Shown here piece after piece: positions 25,901-37,900 of a DNA stretch of 64,000 nucleotides. The translations under genes were made by a program, and so were the position numbers. Each line of letters begins with the position of its first letter. Positions within the stretch are counted from its first letter, which is position 1. Below the pieces are notes generated by a model. That model was not told where the DNA came from and searched no databases. It saw nothing but the letters and a program-made list of their open reading frames with translations. Source of the DNA: Podarcis gaigeae (lineage: Eukaryota); the NCBI GenBank assembly GCA_964106915.2, contig OZ066916.1; one strand, written 5' to 3'.

Positions 25901-28900
25901 GTAAAGGTACCCCTGCCCATACGGGCCAGTCGTGTCTGTGGGGTTGTGCGCCCATCTCGCTTAAGAGGCCGGGGGCCAGCACTGTCCGAAGACACTTCCG
26001 GGTCACGTGGCCAGCGTGACAAGCTGCATCTGGCGAGCCAGCGCAGTGCACGGAAACGCCGTTTACCTTTCCGCTAGTAAGCGGTCCCTATTTATCGACT
26101 TGCACCCGGGGGTGCTTTTGAACTGCTAGGTTGGCAGGCGCTGGGACCAAGCAACGGGGATTCGAACCACCGACCTGACGATCGGCAAGTCCTAGGCACT
26201 GAGGTTTCACCCACAGCGCCACCCGCGTCCCTATCCTAGCTATTAAGGGGTAGCAATTTGTTATTTATTGCTTGAATAAGAATAAACTGGAAGGAAAACT
26301 GCACCATGAAGTTCTGTTACACTTGAGATATACAACAATGGTAAAGTCTAGTTAACATGTTACCTTTACAGCACAATTGCCACTCCTGTGATCAGCAACC
26401 ATGTTACATAACTACTTATGTCTGATATTCAGCAATATACAGTATATCTTTGATAATGTCAGTACTTTGCACATGAGCACCACATCTTCACTGGGTCTGT
26501 TGAAGTGCCACTTGATCCACCTCCAGTGGTACCTGGTCATGCAGGAGTGGTATGCAAACTTGACTAAGTCAAAGGTAGCCAACGCGATGGCCTCCAGAGT
26601 ACGTTGGGCTACAACTGCTGTCATCTATGACCATAGGCTATGATGGTTGGGGTTGGTGGGAACTGTAGTGCTAAATCATCTGGAAGGCACCACATTGGTC
26701 AGTGCTGCCTTAACTGATCAAATGATATGGGTAGAAAGTTGATTTGTGCACTACGGAATGGCAGCACATTTGTTATTCTTCTGTCAGGAGCCAACTTTGT
26801 TTCATTTTTTCCTTGCTAATTAAGTTCTCATTTGGTTTGAAAACTTTATATACAACAGATCAGACTTTGATTCAGGAAGCATACTTTAAAATACTCATAA
26901 GAACTGGTACTTACCGATAGATGTCTGTCTTGTTGTCAAACCAATCAGACAGAACGCGAGAGGTAAACAGTGGAAAGCGCTGATGAAGTATATGAAAGCC
27001 CACATTTTCAAAAGTATAGTTAGTTAGAGTCACCTAAAATAAGAGAAGACTTGTATGATCACTTGCCTATATAATTTGTCCTGGTAAGGTGGAGTGGAAG
27101 AGTAAGAATTACAGGGTATGTTTAAAAATGCTCACAACTTTTACTGGTTATAGCTTGCACAGTTTGCCATGGCATAGCACAGAACAAGGAAACAGGTTCA
27201 AGACAACCACTCAGCTCAAATACTTCAATAGATCCATCAATGGATAGAAGGCAAGCTCAGGCCCACTGTGTAGACTGGTACTATGAGCTATCACTGCAAC
27301 CACCCTGGGTGTGTTGCAGGCTTGCTAGCGCGTGAGCTGGGTTTGGCTCTGAAGTGACCCCAAGATCCATGATGAGGGTCCTGCAATGGGGAGGCAGCCC
27401 CTGCTATGTATGTGACTGTCTTCAAGGTCTGCCACACAGTTATGATGAAACTACAGGGCAATGTAATCAAATCATCATTGAAGAACATTGCTGTGGGGAA
27501 GGCAATACCTTTGTAATTGCTAAGCCAGTTGTGACTATGAGTAAAATTAACCAGCAACTTAATCAATTGTAAGGTGAAGTGTGCTATAAGACAAGAATGG
27601 AAGTTGACAGCACTGTTGAGGCCCAGGCCAGGCCAACTTTTCATAACCCAGGAATGGACCAGAAGGGAAGGGAGGGTTTCCCCTCTGGTTCATACCATGA
27701 TCTGCCCCCAGGAAGCCAACAGGCGCAACCACTGCTGGTGGGGCTCTGCCTGCAGCGGGGGGGGGGGGGGGGGAGAGCACAGATCATCATCTGAACATGC
27801 AAAAGGAAGTTCAAACACCCATAAAGTAGACAATTAGAGGGACTAAGGGGGGAAACAACTGGTTTTTCACCAAGAATTAGAAATGTCTTATGGCCATGCT
27901 TTTTCATTACATAATCCAGAAGAAATCACATTAGTTTGCAGCAAAAACCAAGAGACCTATGGCAAGTCAATCGTGGCATAAACCATCAAAGACCAGAGTT
28001 CGTTTTATCAGATGCTCCTTTCTGTATCTGATGATAATGGCTCTGGCCCCTGAAAACATACACCACAATTCATTTGTTAGCCTTTCAGGTGTCATAGGAC
28101 TCTTTGATTTGTCAACACAGTTGTTACCAGTAGTATAATTAATAATATCAGCAAGTGTAATAAAGAAGGAATTAAACCAGTAGGCAGCCAGTGCTGAAAT
28201 GCAAGGTGGCCCTTGAACAGAGAATAGGTTATGTGAGTGGAATATGCTATAGAGTAAAGCATCAGCTCAGCAAAATAATGGAAGATTATGATTATAACTG
28301 CATTTCCATGGATTTCATATTTCCTGTACTGATAACAAGCATATGGGAAGAAGGAGATACAAATTTGCAAACTCCAAGATAAGAAAATGGTTTTTTATTG
28401 AAAATATGGCATTTATTTCAAAGTAGGTTTTTTGTGATTTTGCCAAAGTTTACCTCATTTCTCATAATTCTCCAGATATTCAGCATAACCCTTCCAACAA
28501 TGTTTATTTCACTCATTGTATCAGACCCATATTCATCTTGATCTGAAGTAAATCTGTTTTCTTTCTTATCATCTAAATCATTAAAAGAGAATATTTCAGC
28601 AACTCAAATCAACTTTAGTACAAATACAATGAAATATTTATCAGAAGGAAAAGTCATCTTCTGAACCTATAAACTAGAGTAGTGGTGGTCAATCTTTCTG
28701 GCAAGAATAACACAAAAAAGGCCAAAATACTGCTACTAGATAGTATGTTACAGCAAATATGAAAATCTTTGTGGTTTGTTGTGGGTTTTCTTTTTATTCT
28801 ACTTAGGAATGCAGGTCTGATTTTATAATGGAATCTGGTTTGCAGACTCTCCCAATTTCTGTTCACACATGTTAAAGTCACCTGTAGCATCTGTAAGGCA

Positions 28901-31900
28901 TATCCGTAATCCATGCACTAGAAGAACCAGAAATGTTCATTATTTTGTGTTTTTAAAATCTTTGCCCTTACAGCTTACCATATTTTTCTGTGTATAACAT
29001 GACCCCATGTATAAGACAACCCCTATTTTTGGGAGCCCTCAACAGTTGTTTAGCTTCTTTTGTAAGTTTGCTGAGCTGTTGAGCAGCTTTTCGACGATCC
29101 CCTGCTCTGGCTGATGGGACTGGTGCCGCAATACACCGCATACTGGCACTCACCAGATACTCTTCCTAAGCCAGGAAGAGCGGGGAAGCAGTCTCCTCTC
29201 CGACATTTCCCTGTCACCGCTGTAGCACCAGCCCTTGCTTACTTAGCATATTAACCCGTGTATAAGACGAGCCTCAATTTATCACAAAAAATTCAAAAAA
29301 GGTCGTCTTATACATGGAAAAGTAGAGTACTTACTTTTTATCATATTCCAAGGTTTCATCACTCATATAAATTGTCCAGAAGCAGCATCCACGGCACTAC
29401 TCATGGCTTGCATGTCACTTCAAACCATAGCTAACCTTAACCATAGTTAAGTGAAAGCTGGGGCTATGGGCTGGAATTGTGGGCACTTTACTTCTTCCTC
29501 ATTCCCGCTGCTATGTTGCCAAGAGCAAAGCCATGGTTTGGTTTAATGTTACGGATGAACCTGGGCTTCTCTCTCCCCCCAAAGAAACCACAAGCTAAAT
29601 GCTACTCCCTCCACCGCTAGGTTTGTTTGTTTGTTTGGAGGGAACAAACCATGAGCCCACAGATGGGCGGGGTTATAAATAATAAATTAAATGATGATGA
29701 TGATGATGATGTAAAACTAACCCAGACCATGGCTTAGCTATCAGCAGCAGGAAAAGAGCAAAGTGCCTGTGATTTTAGCCATGTGCACCAGCACACTGTA
29801 CCCTTGAAATTACAACTAAGCTTAACTATGATTTTAAGTAGTGAGGGGGAACCCTCACATGGGCCTAGTTAGGCCCATCAGGATTACCCATTTGGCCCGT
29901 GAAGCCACCTTCTACACACAGCCACCTGCCCTACACCTCATATATGATGTTGGGGCGGGGGGTGGGATAAAGTTGCAGCTCCCTGCTGAAAGTGGGGTTT
30001 GAAGGTACTGAAGATCAGCTGTCCCAGCAAAGCCCTGTGCCTCTGCAAGCCCTGATTATCATGCTGATGCTTGCAAAGACATAGGGCTTTGTGACTACCA
30101 ACAACCAGCTAACCATTGGAGCCTGCAAAGTGTGCCTTTACCCATTCTTTCTTAATTCAAATTGTGTGATCAAAGGAAAATGGATTGCCTGATGTCACTG
30201 GGACATCAGGTGATTGATAGGTGGGCAGGCAAAGTATGACTCCAACCCATTGGTTGGATTCAGTTCCACACCCTAGGTTTAAAGTAGTGTGTGAAGAAGA
30301 CCACAGTTCTATATGGTTTCCATTATGCAAACTGGTTTATATTTAGTCACTCTTCCTCAGGTTCTTATTTTGTGGACACTCTACACAGGATATGGCTCTC
30401 CCACTGTTCATTGCAGTGACTCAGGTACTCAAATGCTTCTCCCTTGGCTAGCTGCTTCATCTATTTCTGCTCCCATCTCTTCAAACAAAAGATAAACAAC
30501 CACTACTCTAATACAGAAAACTGAAAGAAGGATCCTTGCTAGCTGACTGAACAGAATGCATGTAGTCAAGCTTCCTAGTGAGAGACAGTGAAAAACACTA
30601 AAATTGGAACAGTAACACCGTATTTTTCCATGTATAAGATGCCCCCATGTATAAGACGACCCTTATTTTTTGGAACCCCAGATTAAGAAAAATGAAACCC
30701 TAAAATAGAAGTGAAAATCTGGATGATTGATGGTGGCATGTTGTTGATCTTTTTGGGGGCAATTGCCCTCAAAGTTTCCAGCATGAGGTGCATGCAGTGC
30801 ACTGTGGTGCAGAAGCAAAGGCAGTGACTGCAGAAGCAGGCTCCCAAGCAGGATGCCAAGGAAGAACCGGGGAAGGCAGGGGGGGAAGCAGCCGGAAGGA
30901 CCGCCTCAGCCCGCCCAAGCCAAACATATGCTTAAATATTTTAAATATTTTAAAAATTCCCCCAGATGCCCATGTTCTGTGTAAAAGACAACCACCAGTT
31001 TTTAACTATTTTTTTTATAGCAAAACACCTCATCTTATATACAAAAAAATTGGTACTAATGGCTTTATACCTGGAATAATAGTAGAATAAAACCACGGCT
31101 TCTCACAATTATTAATAACTTTAGAATTAGGAACCTTAGAATCATAAACACACCTGGAACACGTGAGACCATTTGGCATAAATCAACACCTAGAGCAGCA
31201 GCTCTCTGCAAGAGGTATCCCCAGGAATGCATCTGAACTTCATAGCCCAGCAAAATATCTGGATCATACCTAAAAAGAGAACACACATTTTCTTCATAGA
31301 ACCATGTGCTCTTTTTTGTTTCAGCAAACCTACTCAGACATGTAATTTTAGCATTTCACGTCAACTAAAAGTTATGCTTTTAAAAATTACTCATTTTTTC
31401 TATTTTACCATCTTATGTCGTTTGTTTTTAATGTTTGCTTTTACAGGTATTTTTAATGGATGTTTTATATTTTGTTGTAAACTGCTTAGAGGACATTGTT
31501 GTTCTAGTATGCAGTATATAAACTCTGTTAAATAAATAAAATAATAAACTCAACAAATTTATACTGAATTTAATGCCAGCAGCCTAATATAAACATGAAG
31601 TCTTGCTTGAGTAAAGAAGGAAGAACATACCGTGAGTCAGAAAACACAATCTACACAAAAAAAAAGGTACTGAGTATGCAAAAGTCTGCCACGTGGATGG
31701 GGCTACGGAGAAAAACTGAACACATTTAATTACAAATAACAAAAATTCCGTATTTATCCCCATGTGGAAACTTGTACCCAAGTGTAAGCATGAAGTGCCA
31801 TGTATCCATAGTTGTGTATATCATTCCCTTGGTGCTTTCTCTGGATTAGGTCTAACATGTATATTTTCGTAATGACAATTTTGGAAATACAAGCAATTAA

Positions 31901-34900
31901 CCACAAATAACTGGTGGAGAATTCCCTTCTAGTTCCCATGGGGAGGGGAGAGGCTGGGATCCAAAGAGCCAGTTTAGGTATGTATGGTGACATGTTGTTA
32001 CTTTTAAAACAGCAGGTCCTTATGCCATGTCATAAGGTCCATGTTTGAAACTCCCAGTGTCCCCTGGAAGGTTGCTGTGTGATACATAATTATTTTGAAC
32101 TTAGCTAGTAAATACTTTGCCTGCTTTAGATGTGACGCAATATGCTGGTTCAAATGCCAGTAACACTCATACAGAGGCTGCATTTGAAAGAGAATTGGTA
32201 TCTCCATACAAGGGCCGTTTATACTTTTTGTGACTTGTGTGATCGGGGCACTTCAAAAAAGCACTGCAGTAACCATATGAATCATGGTAGCCAGTGCTTT
32301 TTTCTTTAAAAAAAATGTTTGGGGGTACTCTCATTATCCTACTCATATTGAAATACTGCCCCTCAATGAGGCCAAACTTAGATTCACAAAATGTTTAGGG
32401 GTATGCATACCCCTGCGTACCCCCAGAAAAAAGCACTGACAGTTGCCATGTAGAAAACCACCACTTGGAAGCTCTAATTCTCACAAGTAATACTTATAGT
32501 GAGTTCTCAATGACTTAAATTCAAATGAGAAGAGAAAATATCACCATGTTTGAGGAATCTGTAATGTTTCACATAAGTAGGGAAAAATTATAGTAGAGTT
32601 ACATTGTCCAGTTGGCAGAGATAATGTGGGATTTAGATTCACTGAGAGTATTAATGTTTTGCTTTATATTTTTGTGAGCTGCTTAGAGGCTCTCTTACAA
32701 TCAAGCAGTATATAAGTGTTGTACTGTATCAAGACTGCTGCTTGGAGCCCATATGACTGAATGTTTGTCCATACAAAATATTTCCTTCACAGAGAAAGCA
32801 AGACCCAGGTACAGCATTACAAGCTCAGTGAGAATGACGCCCAAGTTATATACATCACTGCAGGAAAAATGTACACATTTCACCATAAAGCAGGAGCAAT
32901 TCCTTAGCTCCCTCTGCAAAAGTAACATGCTCTATAGAAAGCTTCATTTGCTATAATTTCATGCTTATCCTTCAAACTGCATTGTCTTATAAAATGATGA
33001 CACACAACCAGGTAAATTCTGCACACGCAGCAAGGCTTCAAAGGCTCTATTTACAGAAAAAGCCTAGACAATGTACTTCAGAAGCAGCCTCCAACATTGC
33101 ACTAGAACCTGCTGCCATGTAATACTGTGGCTCTTTGAATTATGGTAAGTATCTAAAAATGTTAATCCATAAAACTTTGCTTAACACGTCAGATTTCTAT
33201 GCCTCCTTGTGAGCAGAGGTGAGACACTCTGGACATTGGTTCTGCGTGATGTGCATATGCTGCCCTTGCTCAGTATTTTAACGAAGAGTGATTTTCCTTT
33301 TCACTTTTTCAGCACTCTGAGCCTAAACCATGTAGCTTCCCAGCCAAAATCTTATGATTGATAGACTGAGGAATGCCTTTAGTTTAGTTGTTACATACTA
33401 ATTTCTTCGATGGTTTTCTAATCTGTTATGGCTCAGGCCAACCCACCCACTATTCAAAGTATAGTCTTTGTACCCAGTAGTGGATTGGGATGGGCAGCAG
33501 ATCAGTGGCCTCCTTAGCCTGTCCACTGTTGCCAACATTCTTCTGGCTGGCCACTGCTGTTGTCTGAAACTTCAGCAGAACTGCTACAACTTTGCTGTTA
33601 TAGTGGTCCTAAAGGGCTCTCTAGGTCATCTATATCTCTATCTGCAGAAGGGTTCTTCCTCAAGAGTGGGCATTGTGGACGCTTCTTTAAAGTTTCAGAG
33701 TTTACTGCTAAAAAACTTTAAACAGTCCTTGCTGCCATAAAGTGGCAGCAATGCAGACATTATCCAGGGCCACCTTGCTTCAAGGAAGGGTGTGTGTGTG
33801 TGTGTTTAAAAGAACATAGTCAACATACTTTGATTCCTTAAAAATACCCCCAAAAACATTTCCCCCATCTAGAACTGCTTGGTGTTTTAAAATGAAAATG
33901 TGGGTTATTATTATTTGACTTAAAAGGCAAAAGGGCACCCAACAGATTCTGTTGTGAAAGCTTTGTTCTATACTTCACAGACTCTTGTGCTTTCACTAAG
34001 TAGTGTACCACAGACCCAGTAGGTTATTTCTCTCTCTCTTTTTCCCCTGCATTCTTCTACAGTAGGTTTGGACAAACTGGCCATGCTGACTTGAGCTGTT
34101 AAGAGTTGGAGACAATTGACATCTGGAGGGCCAGTGGTCAGGGATGATGGGAGTTGTACTCTAATAACATTTAGAGTGCCATAGGTTAGCCACCTCTGTT
34201 CTACAGGTTATATTCCTTTTCATTTCAGAAGAGAGAATACTTTTCTAAATTGCACAGTTTAGACAAAAAGGAACTGTAGGACATTCAAACATATAAAAAT
34301 TATTTGGTAAGGCTTATCCATTAGTAACATTAGGGAATATTGGATTTCTCAAAACATTTTTTCAGGTCATTTGTACTATTAAAAAATAGAAGTTTCTTCT
34401 AGGAAATAATTTGGTTCTTTTTGTAAAAGTTCTCATTTCTGAATTAACTCAACAGGCTTTTAAGAAATTATAACAGAGACATCATTATCTTCAGTTTTAC
34501 TTTAATGTAGCCAGAAAAATCTACAGCAGCAGCTTCCATAGCTAAAAGGATGTCACCTACAAATATCACCATTTTATTATAGATACTGCCAACTTGAACT
34601 TGTGAACATAATTTGCTTCTATCCTGAACTTGCTGAAAAGATCTTCAAAGTGAAACTGTGGAGCAATCATAGTTCAGTGGCAAAGCATCTGCTCTGTGTG
34701 CAGAAGTTCCCAGGTTCAACTGCCAGCATCTTCATGAAGCAGGTGACCCTGCCTGACCTGCTAGTGAGCCGGTGCCTGTCAGAGCACTAAATGTCTTGGG
34801 TAGGAGGATCAATAGCCTGACCCTCTACAAAGCAGTTTGCCAAATCCTATGTCACTGAAACCTTGTCAAATCTTGGCCAGGTTAAGTCAATGAGGTTTGT

Positions 34901-37900
34901 ATGGAATCCAAACGACAAATGATATTTGCTGTATTGTTTTGGACTATCCCTAGGTTCAAACAACTGCTGGTCTTATTTGTATGGCTAAGTAGTTGGATTG
35001 AATTCAGCATCAGAATCAATAGCTCCTAAAGAAAAAAATCCACAACATCACAGAAATGTCAAAAAACATTTTCATTTGGATTTTCTCCATTCAGCAGTCT
35101 TTTCAATAAATCAAGTGATGCATAATAATCAGCAACAAAAGCTATTATAGGATTTATGAGTCCAATATAATTATTATTAATGATGAAGGGTAGTATATAA
35201 ATTTAATAAATAAATATAATAGTAACTGGGGGGGAAAGAGGTTAAATTCTTGTCAGCTCTCATAGTGAAATTGAAAACACATTTATTCTGAAGTACGTCA
35301 TTGATTTTACAGAAAGATGTTGCAAAGAATGTGGCCCAAAAGGAATAGTTTAGGTATTAATTGCTGTTCTTCCTGAGACCTCTGTGTTTTATATGAGCAG
35401 TCAATTATATAACTCCCACAGTATCTCCATCATCAAGAAGGTATGGTAAAATTAGTTTGCCCTTTAATCTGGTATTTAAAACAAACAAATGTGAAATTCT
35501 CTTTACCATCAAGGTAAAGAAACAATATTAATAGAAAATTATTTAAAAAGAATGAAAAAGAGCAAATGTCTCTACTGTTCTAAGCTGAGAACTGCCTAAA
35601 AAAAGTCTTGTGTCAACTTTTCTAGAGGGGTTATGAACTGCTATCCTTCAAGGGATAAAAACAGCCTAATCAAAATATTTGAAGGTACACACGATATTCC
35701 ACTTGTTGTACAGACGTTGCAAATAGGCACACAGCACTTCAAAAGCTGTTCCCCAGGTAACTTTGAATGTCCACCACAAATATATTAGAAATTGGTGTGC
35801 TTTCTTCATTCAATAAAGCCTTCAGCAGTTAAGTCTTCAGAAATACAAATAAATTGTACCGATATTCTTTGGCATGGTTTCATGTGGCCAAGTGGCATTT
35901 TCCCCAAATAGTGGAGCACTTTATAGGAAAAATAAAAGTAGCAGGTTGTTACTTCCAAGTTGTTTCCTAAGCCAGACGGAGCAGCGGATTCCCAAAAAAG
36001 AGAAAGAAAAAATTAATTTCCTTACCTGTAATTTTGTCTTCTCTGAACAGGAATCCGCTGCTTCGCCAGGACCCACCCAGTGTTGGTTGCTCTCAGCAAC
36101 TCTTTAGTACTCTGGTTTCCTGGATTTAGTCAATGCCATTCTCATCAGAAGTTTTCTAGTCAGAGAGAGAGAGAATTGCAAATGTACTCTGCCTAGTACA
36201 CATTTTCCTTGAGAATGTATTCCAGCCAGATGTTTCAAAATTTTGTTTCCTTGGTAACATTCAGACTTTGAGGTTTTGGCTATTGACCTGAAGAAAGACA
36301 CACCTGAAGTTCCACAGGCCATGATCAGAGTTTGCTACAAAAACTGGCCAGGAACTTTTCAAACCAGGGGAAAATAAGGACTTTCACATTGAGAGAAGAC
36401 ATGTAAAGAGGCCAGTTTTTATATCTGTTTATGTCTGTACCACTATGAGATATGAGTTTTGCGATAAAGTTCTTTTTTTAAAAAAAAATCTTCCTACTTA
36501 AGACAGTGTATGTTTTAATTTGTATTGCAAGATCATTTAAACCTTAGAGTATTTTCTAATAAACATTGAAATGCAGTTTGGGAATATTAAAACTCCAGCA
36601 AGATTGATGTGAGAGGCCTGTATAAGAGAGACTTGCATAAAGAACCTTATAATATAGATATATCTGTTGTGAGCAGGAAAAACAGACTTTTCCAAGAAAT
36701 CAAAACCATTTAAACATGGGAAGAGAAGGTAGGGAAACTTGGATTTGAAAATGTTTAAATAAAAGTTTCAGAGGATGAAAAAGCAGGGTCTACAGATGCC
36801 CTACCTTTTAACAATGTTCACCACTTCCTGGAAAAGTGCTCTCTCATCAGCAGCATATTTGACTTCCAATCCTGAGATGCCAGATCTGGTAAGCAAAGGT
36901 GCATGTTCTCTGTTACCTGAAAAGCAAATTAAATACTTATTTCTAGTAAAATACCACCGTGTTGTTGTTTTAAATAAAAAACACACATTAAAATTAAGCC
37001 ATGATTTTTCATTGTTCAAGTCCCCTGCCACTACTGCTCATTGCAGACAATGAATAGTTGGTGGAGATTTCGTATTTGAACAAACTGTGGGAAAGCATGC
37101 ACATGCTTTTGTACTTTATAGAGCTCTGATTTAAGTAATTATCTTTTGCTCAAGTGTTTATGACCTTTCATCAGCATAAATGTGGTACAATAAAGTGTGG
37201 CACCTCCCAAGCTTACTTCTAAATTTTGGAGAAAAAGATTTAGCTTTCACCACTCAACAGAGTGATAATAAAGGCTCTGTCCACACATTATGGTAAACCA
37301 TACTCAGTGGTTTACAGGGGAACTTTATTTCAGAAAATGGTTTACCAAGATGTGCAAACCAAGCCAGCCTCATTTGAAATGTGATTCATAAGCAATTTTC
37401 TATATTTTTTTCCAATCAGTTCATGAGAGCTTGGCATTTAATAGCAACTAACAAATAGATGTTTTAAATGAATGCAATTTTCAGCAGTCCTCAGTTTCTA
37501 ATATACTTGATCCAAAGAATGGAAACCTTTTACATCCACAACAGTATGACTACTTATGTTTAATGAACATTATAAGAGCTGTGCTATATCACATTAATCA
37601 TTCTGCAAATAATTTTTAAAAACTTAATATTTTATGCAGACATTTACAACAAGTACAAAATTCTGGTTGCCTCAGGTATTAGATGCATGGGAGGGCATCT
37701 CTTTGAAGTGACACTCAGGCTATGATGGAGAAGATTAAGAGCAGCAGTTGCCAATCACTAAGGTGGCATGGTGGGAAAGGGGTTAACAATGCTAGGATCT
37801 GAGAGAGCTGTTCTGCACTCTACTGCCTGTGCATGGGATAAGTAGGACCACATCCAATATTCAAACTGTCAAAAATGCATTAGTTATTTGATTCAAACAA

